Shown in pieces: positions 1 to 8,453 of a stretch of 40,703 nucleotides of DNA (the stretch's first letter is position 1; each line of letters begins with the position of its first letter). The stretch lies in the IMG/VR virus record IMGVR_UViG_3300010285_000005; one strand, written 5' to 3'. Below the pieces are notes generated by a model. The model was not told the origin of the DNA and searched no databases. It saw nothing but the letters and a program-made list of their open reading frames with translations. A program made the translations under genes and the position numbers. This DNA is from a virus.

Positions 1-123
1 CCTTTTTTGCCCGCACTTTTTGGATATTGACCCACGGGTGTTCTTTTGATGACTTTCGCCAGCAGCCTTGCAGCCAGTTCCTTTGCAGCTTGCTGACAGA
101 ACACTTCCACGTCCTTTTCCTGC
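1..123. repeat. Terminal direct repeat, left copy (assembly overlap of a circular molecule)
   Basis: Bases 1-123 (ccttttttgcccgcacttttt...gtccttttcctgc) are identical to 40581-40703. Confidence 0.95.
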
Positions 124-188
124 AATCGATCAAGTTTATCCTGCAAGGCAATCAGGTCTTTGAAATCGGCTTTTCCCCAGCGTCCCAT
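1..188 (-). CDS. HK97 gp10-family head-tail protein, N-terminal part (gene wraps the contig junction)
   Basis: ATG at 188-186 overlaps (ATGA) the stop of the upstream gene. Translation MGRWGKADFKDLIALQDKLDRLQEKDVEVFCQQAAKELAARLL runs off the left edge and continues in ORF 40277..40690 through the duplicated 123 bp. Confidence 0.7.
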   Translation of the reverse strand, partial: MGRWGKADFKDLIALQDKLDRLQEKDVEVFCQQAAKELAARLLAKVIKRTPVGQYPKSAGKK

Positions 189-547
189 CAAGCCCACCCC
201 TTGAACAGCACCAGGGGGATTTCCTGGTGATTTGTGAATCGACCAGGTTCACCGCTGCTTTCGTAGTCCACAACCTTTCCAGCCTTCGTGACCGAAATCT
301 TTGATCCTGGGGGAATGTCGATTTCGTTCCCCAGGATCAGGACAGCAGCCTGGGACACCAGTGCAGCGTTTGAATCGTCCCTGTTCGCTGTCAGGGCTTT
401 GAAAGATAATTTGCAAGGTTGATCCCGATACAGTGTTCTTTCGACGAACCGTGTCAGCTTCGTGGTCTGATCAGTCACCTTATCACGCACGATGACGCTG
501 CACCGATCGTGCCACAACATTTCCAGTGCTTTTCTATGATCTACCAT
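188..547 (-). CDS. Head closure / head-tail adaptor protein (XkdH/YqbH-like)
   Basis: ORF track 188..598. The internal ATG at 547 is preferred (AGGTG 6 nt upstream, 7-nt overlap with the upstream stop). Position is between the connector and the gp10-like gene. Confidence 0.55.
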   Translation of the reverse strand: MVDHRKALEMLWHDRCSVIVRDKVTDQTTKLTRFVERTLYRDQPCKLSFKALTANRDDSNAALVSQAAVLILGNEIDIPPGSKISVTKAGKVVDYESSGEPGRFTNHQEIPLVLFKGWA

Positions 548-945
548 GTGAAGCACCTGTATGAAGCCAGCAGCCCGTTCTTTCCGTTGATCAGCCATTC
601 GACCAATTCATCGAACCTTTGTTCGGGGGTCTTGTCCCCGTTGCCGATGGCAAACGTCGTGCTGGTATCACCTTCCTGAATCTGTTTGACGGCTGCCGTC
701 AGATCGAAGCCTGGGATCGATCCCGTGGCCTTTTTGCTTTTCAGGAACTCGCCACAGACACGATCGACAGCCAGCTGGTGAAGCGCATCGGGTATGATCA
801 AGCTGTCTTTGCTTGCGTCAAACAGACCACATTCACGGATCAGCTGGTTTTCAACGGTGTCGCTTAAATAATCAAGCAGCCACTTGTCGTGATCTGTCAC
901 CGTATATCCCAGGCTTTCCAACCGTTCGCAAACACCTTGTATCAT
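541..945 (-). CDS. Head-tail connector (gp6-like / DNA-packaging QLRG-type) protein
   Basis: ORF 541..951. ATG at 945 is preceded by GGAAGG. Position immediately after the capsid block. Confidence 0.5.
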   Translation of the reverse strand: MIQGVCERLESLGYTVTDHDKWLLDYLSDTVENQLIRECGLFDASKDSLIIPDALHQLAVDRVCGEFLKSKKATGSIPGFDLTAAVKQIQEGDTSTTFAIGNGDKTPEQRFDELVEWLINGKNGLLASYRCFTW

Positions 946-966
946 GATCACACCTTCCTTCGCTGC

Positions 967-1206
967 TTATTTGGATTTGCGGGGCTGCCGACCAGCGGTC
1001 TTCTTTTCGGGTTCGACTTCGGGTTCGGGTTTGGTTTCATCGGGTTTTTCGGGAACTGGATCAGCCTTTTCGTCCTCGACGGTGTAACCGTGTTTTCTGA
1101 ACCAGTCAAGCAAGTAGGGATCGGAACATTCTCCGATCCCTTTGCTGAACTCTATGGAAGCAGACACACCGTCATATTCTCTGTTCGGTGCGTATATCCT
1201 CGCCAT
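967..1206 (-). CDS. Small head-associated protein with Pro/Glu/Lys-rich tail
   Basis: 79-aa ORF, RBS AAAGGTGA 5 nt upstream, directly after the capsid gene stop. Confidence 0.5.
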   Translation of the reverse strand: MARIYAPNREYDGVSASIEFSKGIGECSDPYLLDWFRKHGYTVEDEKADPVPEKPDETKPEPEVEPEKKTAGRQPRKSK

Positions 1207-1217
1207 TCAGATCACCT

Positions 1218-2174
1218 TTACTGAACCTTGATCTTGCGGAAGACACCAGCTGCTTTTGTGGCCTTCAGTGCGACGGCTGCGACCATTTCAACCTCGCCCT
1301 TTTTGACTGCTCCAGCGGTCTTGAAGTCCGGCAGCCAGGTCTGAACAGGGGCGACACCAGCCATCGAAACGGCATGGAATCCATCAAGGCCGAAGCGCAC
1401 GGCATAAAGGGAAGTTGTGCCAGTGTCAGTGTCAATCGAAACGATGGGGCTGTTCGATCCAGGCTTTGCGCCCAGGTCAACGAACGGAACAGCACCGTAA
1501 TATTCGACGGGCTGACCGAAATCGTTTTTCGTCAGCTGGTACATTCCCATTCTGCGGGCGACAGCACGAAGCTTCGCAATCATCTTCGTGTTTCCGGCGA
1601 TCATGCTGGGTGTGCCGTCAAGCTGCATCAGGAATTCGTCCAGAAGGTCAACGAAAGCCTTATAGTTGGAATCGACGGCTGCCGATGTGGAAAGATCAAT
1701 CACGCTGTCGGTGTTGAACTCCGTGGAAGAACCAGTCAGGGCTTTGTCCAGGCCGTCGAAAGCGTTGGCATCGACAGCGGAATCGCCGTTGATCACGGTG
1801 TCGCTGAACAGTGCGGAAGCAGCCTTGATCTTCTGCTGCATCTGAAGGGTGACTTCGTTAATGATACCGCCCATGTTGGAAATAACACGGTCAATCTCAA
1901 ACGATCCACCGAAGACCTTCAGATCGACAGTGTAACGCTGCTTTGTGACCTCGCTGGGGGTGTATTCCGTGTTGATTGCACGGAACGCAGCTGTCGGCTG
2001 GGTTGTAAGTCTTGTATAACCATAGGTAAGTGTTGCGCCACCGCCTGTCGGGGAAACGCAGTCATCAAAAATGATGTTGTCCATGATGAAGCTGGACTTC
2101 TGGAACTCGTCGATCACGCCGACCTGAAGATCATCTTGTACATTCTTTTTCGCTTCTGCAAGTGTTACGGGCAT
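1218..2174 (-). CDS. Major capsid protein
   Basis: 318-aa ORF with RBS AAAGGAAGG. Lies after the scaffold and before the connectors. N-terminus MPVTLAEAKKNVQDDLQVGVIDEF is typical of SPP1/PBSX-type capsid proteins. Confidence 0.7.
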   Translation of the reverse strand: MPVTLAEAKKNVQDDLQVGVIDEFQKSSFIMDNIIFDDCVSPTGGGATLTYGYTRLTTQPTAAFRAINTEYTPSEVTKQRYTVDLKVFGGSFEIDRVISNMGGIINEVTLQMQQKIKAASALFSDTVINGDSAVDANAFDGLDKALTGSSTEFNTDSVIDLSTSAAVDSNYKAFVDLLDEFLMQLDGTPSMIAGNTKMIAKLRAVARRMGMYQLTKNDFGQPVEYYGAVPFVDLGAKPGSNSPIVSIDTDTGTTSLYAVRFGLDGFHAVSMAGVAPVQTWLPDFKTAGAVKKGEVEMVAAVALKATKAAGVFRKIKVQ

Positions 2175-2209
2175 AATTCAAAACCTTCCTTTACTTAAAA
2201 TTTTGTTGT

Positions 2210-2815
2210 TTACTGTTGAAAATCTGCTTGATAGCGCATCTGAATCGCTTCAGCCAGGGTTTTCGGCTTTTCACCGCCCCCTGGTGCGCCTTCCTTATGC
2301 TCACCAGGCACAAAACCCCTGAAGTTCGGCTTTGACGGCTTCGTATCCAGGTTGAAAAGAAACTTTGTGTCTTCCGATTCGGTCAGCTTTTTGATTTCAG
2401 CGTCCAGACCCTTCACGGAATCACCATCAAGTTCGGCTTTCGCCAAAAAGTCAGCCAGCAAAGCCTTAACCGCCGTGTTGTTTTTTGCCTTCGCAGCTGT
2501 CAGGGCTGCGTTCACGGCGTTGTCGATCTTCAGCTGCGTCATCTGCGCTTCATAGTTGGCCTTGTCCGCTGCGTTCTGCTTCTGAAGGTCTTCGATCTGC
2601 TTCTTCAAGGCTTCGACATCGCCTGTGGACTGTTTCAGCCGTTCCAGCTGTTCGTCCCTGGCCTTGATGTCCTTTTCAAGCTTGTTCTTTGCTTCGTTCA
2701 CTTCATCGAACCTGGTTTTCGGAATAAATCCTTTCAGTTCTTCAGCCGATGCCTTCGCAGCCTTTTCCGCTGTCGCTTCGTCAAGACCCAAAGCGATAAA
2801 GTCTTCTTTCTTCAT
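2210..2815 (-). CDS. Scaffolding protein (GP20-like coiled coil)
   Basis: MKKEDFIALGLDEATAEKAAKA... followed by a long charged coiled coil. ATG at 2815 with GAAAGGAAGG upstream. Track ORF 2210..2836. Confidence 0.7.
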   Translation of the reverse strand: MKKEDFIALGLDEATAEKAAKASAEELKGFIPKTRFDEVNEAKNKLEKDIKARDEQLERLKQSTGDVEALKKQIEDLQKQNAADKANYEAQMTQLKIDNAVNAALTAAKAKNNTAVKALLADFLAKAELDGDSVKGLDAEIKKLTESEDTKFLFNLDTKPSKPNFRGFVPGEHKEGAPGGGEKPKTLAEAIQMRYQADFQQ

Positions 2816-2916
2816 GTGTTTGCGCCTTCCTTTCAAAACATTTTTTAACCTGGTTCAGTCCAGTCATTTTGTCTTTCAGTTTTCGTCCGAAATACCAAAG
2901 TGACGAAAAATGGGTA

Positions 2917-2949
2917 TGAAAAAAGCACCCTGGATCACTCCAAGATGCT
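2917..2949 (-). terminator. Rho-independent terminator inside the head operon
   Basis: Minus-sense AGCAUCUUGG-AGUGAU-CCAGGGUGCU (10-bp stem) followed by UUUUUU. Lies just after the stop of 2976..3317. Confidence 0.65.
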
Positions 2950-2975
2950 TTTATCATTAAATTGTTTGAAGCTGA

Positions 2976-3317
2976 TCAGAACAGCGTCTGTGTCAGCAGC
3001 TTCATCTGTGTTTCGTCGATTTGGATCAGGCTTCGCAGCCCGTCCTTGAATTCGACTGCGACGTGATATGTGCCTTTTTCCTTCGCCGATAGAAGTCCGG
3101 CAACAGCACCGACACCACCGAAAACAGCACCGCCCAGCAGACCCCTTGCGATCCCGCTTGCTGCGCTCTTTCGATGTTCTTCGGTGACGACCTCATGGGC
3201 TTTGACTGTTTCCTTGTTCAGTTTGACCTTCTTGAATCCTTTCGTCAGCACCAGGCCACCCGAACCAGGCTTCACAAGCCAGCCGGAATAATCACCAGCC
3301 AGAACATAAGACACCAC
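2976..3317 (-). CDS. Small protein with Gly-zipper membrane segment (possible moron or immunity protein)
   Basis: 113-aa ORF, GTG start with AAAGGGGG RBS. Segment GLLGGAVFGGVGAVAGLL. Followed by its own terminator. Confidence 0.55.
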   Translation of the reverse strand: MVSYVLAGDYSGWLVKPGSGGLVLTKGFKKVKLNKETVKAHEVVTEEHRKSAASGIARGLLGGAVFGGVGAVAGLLSAKEKGTYHVAVEFKDGLRSLIQIDETQMKLLTQTLF

Positions 3318-3352
3318 GATGAATGACCCCCTTTATTTAATAAAGCTGTCGC

Positions 3353-3529
3353 TTAATAGACCACCGAACCGTCCGAATAATCGGGTTCATACGGCTTCCC
3401 GTCGTCCAGACACTTCCGAATGATCTTGACGATCTGACCATCGTCCAGGTGTCGTAAATGGAAGATCGGAAAGTTTTCGTTGAACCGATCGGCGTATTCG
3501 GTCAATTTTTCGCTTAATGTATCACTCAT
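3353..3529 (-). CDS. Small hypothetical protein (58 aa, below ORF-track cutoff)
   Basis: ATG at 3529 with GAAAGGGTGA RBS overlapping the MuF gene stop. Translation MSDTLSEKLTEYADRFNENFPIFHLRHLDDGQIVKIIRKCLDDGKPYEPDYSDGSVVY. Fills an otherwise empty gap. Confidence 0.5.
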   Translation of the reverse strand: MSDTLSEKLTEYADRFNENFPIFHLRHLDDGQIVKIIRKCLDDGKPYEPDYSDGSVVY

Positions 3530-3533
3530 GGTA

Positions 3534-5432
3534 TCACCCTTTCAGGATTTCTTCAAGCATTTCAAGGAAAATTTTATAAGATTCGGGGAAGTATTTCTTG
3601 ATCGAATCCAGTGATTCAGGGTTCGTCAGCGTCGCTGAAAACATTTCGGCGAAGGCTTCTGTGGGAAGCGTGGTGTCCCGATTCCAGTATGTTTTACCAT
3701 GACCGAATCCACCGTTGACCTTTCCTTTTGTGACACCTTCAATCATATCCGAAATGTCGGATCGTGCCATCTGTGGGATTGCACGGATTTCTTTTTCCAG
3801 TTTGGTGTATGCCATAGACTTTGAATATTTAGGCATACCACCGATCAGCGTTCCGTTCTGTTTATAGAAATTATAATACCAGTCCCCAATATAACCGTTG
3901 TCGTGTAACCATTCGATGTCGTTCCCGTGAACCTTGAAATCTGCTTTTATTTGCGCTGCATAAGCGTCTACACGGTCATTGATTTCTTTTTTCAGGCTGT
4001 CAACGAAAGCCCCGTTCTTGTATGTGTAAGAATAGGGCTGGAAGTTGTAACCGTTGCCGAATTTGACATTCGCAATATAATCGATATTATGACCGAATTC
4101 ATGGAACGTGGTCTGATACGGTGCTGACCAGGATTTCCCGTTTGCGTCGGCACTCACGTCCATTTCAATTCCGGCTGCACCGTGGCAGCACGGGTGACGC
4201 TTGCTTGTCGCACTGACAACACGAAGATCGGATTCAAGCTTGCCCCACACGTCACGAACGACATCGGGGGCTTCGTTCAGCTTTTCATGTAAAGCCAGAT
4301 AATGCTTTTCACCCAGCTTCTGATATACTTCGCTTTTGTCATTTATGGGAAGTTTTGCCTTTAGAATAGCACCCGCATCGACTTCAGTCAAGCCGTCCTT
4401 CGATCCGTCGCTCATGAAGGTCTTTTTCCATTCAGCATATGTCATATTCGACGGCACATAATAGGTCTTGCCATCAGAACCCCGTGCAGCACGTTCCCCG
4501 AAGTTATCATCGAAGAAGGGAATTGTCGTGGTTCTGCACCAGGGGTGAAAGGGCGGTGCTGTGACACCGACTTCATAGTCCTTCATATCCACGACTTTCC
4601 CGTCAAGGCTCTGGCACAGTTTGCTGGTCAGGTTGTCCAATGTGGCGACGATTTCAAAGCGATCCACACCCAGGTCTTTGAAGCAGTCCTTCTGTGCCAG
4701 ACTGCTGAACGCAGCCGATTCAGTCATCACCAGGCGGGCTGACTTCGATTTCGACACATGGAACTGGTGCTGAATGGCCTTAATTGCCCGATCGGGGGGA
4801 TCGCCACGAAGTATGTTCTGCGTAAGCTGCGTCTGGACGGTGTTGACCAGGCTGTCCTTGTCAATCCATACCCGATCCCTGAAAGTCTTCATGTCGTTCG
4901 TCCAGGGCTTCGACAGCACCATATCAAGCTGTTTACTGTTCGGGGTCATCATGTTCCAGCCGACATTCAGACCCCGCTGGATTTCATATGCGGTGTGGGA
5001 ATAGCTGTCTATGTATGTCCGGCGAAGCAGCTTGTCCAGATCGTCCAGCTGGTTTCCATAAAGGGCTTCAATCTGCTGCTGCGCCTGAACCTTCAGGGCT
5101 TCCAGGCGGGTAATGTGCATCTTCGCCGAAGCATTTTCAAGCTGCTTCAGCCACCTTTGATCGATGGCGTTTTCCCGACCATACTTGATGTAGTCTTCGA
5201 CCGTCCACTTGAATTCTTCAAGTTCTTTCGTGTTCAGCAGCCTTCGGGCTTCGGTCATGCTGATCTGATTGTTGTCGGCGAATCGCTGATACCAGGCGTT
5301 GATCTCTTTTTCGATCCTGGCAGAAGCCCGTCTGTATTCCCGTTCAAGGGTTTCAATATAAGCTTCGCCTTTCCTCGCCTGGGCTTCAATCAGGATTTCA
5401 AAGCGTCCACGCCAGTAATCGCTGTTTTTCAT
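3534..5432 (-). CDS. MuF/SPP1 gp7-like head morphogenesis protein fused to a C-terminal anthrax-LF-like (HExxH) metallopeptidase domain
   Basis: The N-terminal ~330 aa sit after the portal, as in the SPP1 gp7/MuF family. The C-terminal ~280 aa carry HEFGHNIDY plus a downstream EAFAEMF, matching the LF/ATLF zinc-ligand pattern HEFGH...E-FAE-F. Confidence 0.7.
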   Translation of the reverse strand: MKNSDYWRGRFEILIEAQARKGEAYIETLEREYRRASARIEKEINAWYQRFADNNQISMTEARRLLNTKELEEFKWTVEDYIKYGRENAIDQRWLKQLENASAKMHITRLEALKVQAQQQIEALYGNQLDDLDKLLRRTYIDSYSHTAYEIQRGLNVGWNMMTPNSKQLDMVLSKPWTNDMKTFRDRVWIDKDSLVNTVQTQLTQNILRGDPPDRAIKAIQHQFHVSKSKSARLVMTESAAFSSLAQKDCFKDLGVDRFEIVATLDNLTSKLCQSLDGKVVDMKDYEVGVTAPPFHPWCRTTTIPFFDDNFGERAARGSDGKTYYVPSNMTYAEWKKTFMSDGSKDGLTEVDAGAILKAKLPINDKSEVYQKLGEKHYLALHEKLNEAPDVVRDVWGKLESDLRVVSATSKRHPCCHGAAGIEMDVSADANGKSWSAPYQTTFHEFGHNIDYIANVKFGNGYNFQPYSYTYKNGAFVDSLKKEINDRVDAYAAQIKADFKVHGNDIEWLHDNGYIGDWYYNFYKQNGTLIGGMPKYSKSMAYTKLEKEIRAIPQMARSDISDMIEGVTKGKVNGGFGHGKTYWNRDTTLPTEAFAEMFSATLTNPESLDSIKKYFPESYKIFLEMLEEILKG

Positions 5433-6934
5433 TCAGCCTGATCACCACCAGGGGATTGATCATCACCGCCATCGTCGGGATCGTCATTCGGCTTTTTTCC
5501 GAAAAGGTTCTGATATTCGTCCATTTCGCTTTCTCGCTGCTTTCTGATTCGTTCCAGTTCCTGCGCCACGTCTGTGACCCAGGGGTGTTCGCCGATGATC
5601 GTTTCGTCGGACAAAATACCGACCGAATTCTTGCAGTTCATGATCGCTTCCGATTCGTTCATCAGGATCGTGCGATCGAACGTGAATGTCACTTCTTCGT
5701 CGAAGAAATCACCGACACCCGTGTTCGCCAGATGGGTGTTTATAAACCACAGCAGTTCTTCAAAAGAAGCCTGGAATTCGGTTTCAATGCCGTTTGCGTC
5801 CAGTTCGATGTCGGAATACATGGACAGAATGTTCATCTGGTTCGGATTGCCGGACAGCTTGTCGTCTTTGGCATCGTAGCCCATAGCGTTTTCGATCAGG
5901 GCTTTCTTGAAAATCTCGACGATCGCCTTGTAATTGTCAGCGTTGACCTTGACTTCCAGGGTGTCCACGCCACCGTCAGCACCGTCCACGGTCTTGACCT
6001 TGACAGCCCCATATGTCGCCAGGTTGTGCCGGAATTCGCCCAGGTTCGTCCCGTCATAGTTCTTGATGACCAGGATCGTGTTCCGGCTGTCTTCTTGCAT
6101 ATTGTTTTCAAAGTCCGACAGCATGGTGTTGATCCCGTCCTGAAGGGTCTTGACCCGCTTCAGAAGGGGCTGTTCTTTGTTGTTGTACTTGAAGGGGATC
6201 AGCGGAATCCGTTCCCAGTTCAGGCCGGACACGTTGCCTTCTTCGTCCTCGATTATCAGATATGCGGAAGACGGGTTTTCCACATCGTCGATCAGCGACC
6301 CATTCTGAAGAATATAGCGTTCGATGCCCGTGGGTTTGTAAACTTCGACCTTTTCAATGATCTTCAGTGTTTCGCCCTCATAGGCTTCGACTTCGTACAG
6401 CCGGACAGCATAATCAAGTTCTGTGTGTTCAGCGTCTTTCCAGAAGGGAAGGATCTCATATCCAGGGAACACCCTGAAGGCCAGCGTTCCATCGGCTGCG
6501 TAATAGGGATAAAGCCAAGCGATCCCGCCGTCGATGCAGTTTTCAGCCAGCCTTTTCAGCTTCCTGTGCATCTTCTTGTTGAAAATTTTCTTCAGGGCTT
6601 CAAGATATGTCTTGTTTTTCGTTTCGATGGTCAGGGGCTTGCCAAGAATATAATTGACCTTCTGTTCGACCATCTTCGCATATTGATTGTCAACGATCCT
6701 GTTGTTCGGAAGGTTATCGACTTCCTGAAGCTTGCCGTCACGACCGATGGCCTTCCGCTTCCGCTGCAAGATGTCATGATCTCCGTTGTGGTATCGTTCG
6801 CCGTCCAGCATGGTTTTTCTGACGGGTGATTTCTTCCAGCGGGCGATCTCCAATTCAAGAAAACGACGTTCGGAAACGGCGGTGTTTGCGCCCGCTTCGA
6901 TTATCGCTTTCGCAACGTCTGTCTGATATATCAT
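5429..6934 (-). CDS. Portal protein (SPP1 gp6-like)
   Basis: 501 aa, downstream of terL. NNRIVDNQYAKMVEQKVNYILGKP-type motif and an acidic C-terminal tail. Confidence 0.8.
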   Translation of the reverse strand: MIYQTDVAKAIIEAGANTAVSERRFLELEIARWKKSPVRKTMLDGERYHNGDHDILQRKRKAIGRDGKLQEVDNLPNNRIVDNQYAKMVEQKVNYILGKPLTIETKNKTYLEALKKIFNKKMHRKLKRLAENCIDGGIAWLYPYYAADGTLAFRVFPGYEILPFWKDAEHTELDYAVRLYEVEAYEGETLKIIEKVEVYKPTGIERYILQNGSLIDDVENPSSAYLIIEDEEGNVSGLNWERIPLIPFKYNNKEQPLLKRVKTLQDGINTMLSDFENNMQEDSRNTILVIKNYDGTNLGEFRHNLATYGAVKVKTVDGADGGVDTLEVKVNADNYKAIVEIFKKALIENAMGYDAKDDKLSGNPNQMNILSMYSDIELDANGIETEFQASFEELLWFINTHLANTGVGDFFDEEVTFTFDRTILMNESEAIMNCKNSVGILSDETIIGEHPWVTDVAQELERIRKQRESEMDEYQNLFGKKPNDDPDDGGDDQSPGGDQAE

Positions 6935-6969
6935 GGTTATTTTTCACCCCGTTTTTATTGCATAATAGA

Positions 6970-7029
6970 ACAGGAAGCCTTGAAAAATCAGCGTTTCCAA
7001 CGGCTTCCTGTTACTAATACGTCACTAAT
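6970..7029. repeat. Composite att-like element in the terL-portal gap: 10-bp-stem hairpin containing CCTTGAA, plus two 8-mers (GTTACTAA, GTCACTAA) phased 11 bp apart
   Basis: Stem acaggaagcc (6970-6979) pairs with ggcttcctgt (7002-7011). 6973-6991 ggaagccttgaaaaatcag matches 27250-27268 at 17 of 19 positions. The agcgtttc..ggctt block resembles 27334-27349. The 8-mer dyad is the reverse complement of TTAGTRAC dyads at 27222-27240 and 27394-27412. Confidence 0.6.
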
Positions 7030-7049
7030 GGGTCATTTTTGGCGCATTT

Positions 7050-8453
7050 TTAGTCAAAACTGAAGGCACTTCCTTGACCGATTTTTTCGGCGATTCCCGT
7101 CGTGCAGTCAGGGGCATCGTCGTGTTTGTTTTTGCCTTCACGCTGGTATTTCGTCATCGCATCGTAATATTCAGGCCAGCGATCACGCCAGTTGACAGGA
7201 AAATAAACGTGATCCATGACCCAGGTTGCGTTTGAAATGATCCTGGCTGTTTTATTCTTCGTTTGATGGAAGGTGTTGATCCTGGTTCGGTTCGTCTTGA
7301 ACTTTTCCAGAAGGATTCTTTCCACGGATCGGGCGAATCCACGACCGCCATTGTTGCTTTCGATGTCGGCGATGTTCACCTTGTCGTCGAACAGCATCTG
7401 TGCCGTGGCGGGTTCTGTGACTTCCATCGGGGCGTTCGTGTAAAGTACATTCAGAACATATGCTTCGTGGTTATAAACGCCATAGTTTATACTGCAAAGA
7501 TAGTCATCGCCTTCGTCTGCGGTGTCCGTATAGTTCCGAATTTCAGTGAAAAGAAGATTCCCGTGCTCGTCCATCGGAAGCTTCGTATATGTTTTGAAGC
7601 TGCTGTAAAGCTTGCCCTTGATGTCGATCGGTTCTTGCTGATAGTTCGCCGAAGCGATGTCCGCACCCATCAGCTTGACCTTCTTTTCATAGGATCGCTT
7701 CGACAAGATTTCAGGACACAGCATCGATCCGTCGTCCTGGACGGCCTTATAAACTATGTGCCGGACTTTGCTGCCGATCTCTGCGAAATGCTTCAGCGCA
7801 CGTCCAGCCAGGTCTTCGCTGTGCCAGCGGGTCATGACGATGATGATTTTCCCGCCTTCTTCAAGACGTGACAGCATCGTGTTCGTGAACCATTCCCAGT
7901 CACGTTCAAGCTTGTCGGCGTTGTTGGCTTCTTCAGCGTTCTTTATAAGGTCATCGATAATCATTAGGGAAACACCGAAGCCCGTCGCTGTACCCGTGGG
8001 GGACGTTGCAAGATAGTTGTTGTAACCGCCTTCCAGCGACCACATATTCATCGCACCGTCGCCACGCTTGATCGTCACACCAGGAAAAATGTCCGAATAC
8101 ACGATCCGATCTTCGTCGGCCTTTTCTTCAAGGATCGTGTTTCGGACATTCTTGCTGAAGTTTGTGGACAGCGTTTCGTTATATGAACCAGTCATGATCT
8201 TCTGCTTCTTATCTTTACCCAACGCCCATTCGACCAGGTTTCCGACCGTTCTCGACTTTCCGTGACGTGGGGGAAGGTTCACGATCATGACTTCATCATC
8301 GGATTCAATGAAGTCCTGGAACTGATCACACAGATCAATCAGGAACTTCCGATCCCGCTTATAAAAATCGGGGGATTTCAAATTACAATAGTCCCAAAAC
8401 CGCCGACGTGCCAGTTCGATCTTCGCAGCCCTTCTGATCCTGGGATCGATCAT
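7050..8453 (-). CDS. terL: Terminase large subunit
   Basis: 467 aa. Walker A-like PPRHGKSRT and Walker B-like LMIIDDL, with a C-terminal nuclease half. Overlaps the terS stop. Confidence 0.85.
   Translation of the reverse strand: MIDPRIRRAAKIELARRRFWDYCNLKSPDFYKRDRKFLIDLCDQFQDFIESDDEVMIVNLPPRHGKSRTVGNLVEWALGKDKKQKIMTGSYNETLSTNFSKNVRNTILEEKADEDRIVYSDIFPGVTIKRGDGAMNMWSLEGGYNNYLATSPTGTATGFGVSLMIIDDLIKNAEEANNADKLERDWEWFTNTMLSRLEEGGKIIIVMTRWHSEDLAGRALKHFAEIGSKVRHIVYKAVQDDGSMLCPEILSKRSYEKKVKLMGADIASANYQQEPIDIKGKLYSSFKTYTKLPMDEHGNLLFTEIRNYTDTADEGDDYLCSINYGVYNHEAYVLNVLYTNAPMEVTEPATAQMLFDDKVNIADIESNNGGRGFARSVERILLEKFKTNRTRINTFHQTKNKTARIISNATWVMDHVYFPVNWRDRWPEYYDAMTKYQREGKNKHDDAPDCTTGIAEKIGQGSAFSFD

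Noticed and set aside
27-230. 67-aa plus-strand ORF at the left edge
   Set aside because: It is antisense to the wrapped gp10-family gene and to the 188..547 gene, and it has no RBS.
1188-2198. Long plus-strand ORFs antisense to well-supported genes (1188..2198, 4758..5441, 5456..6829, 7263..7871, 37820..38392, 38310..39737)
   Set aside because: Each lies entirely antisense to a gene with clear family motifs and an RBS. The translations are Arg/Cys/Val-rich with no recognisable motifs and have no RBS. Stop-poor antisense frames are expected with this codon bias.
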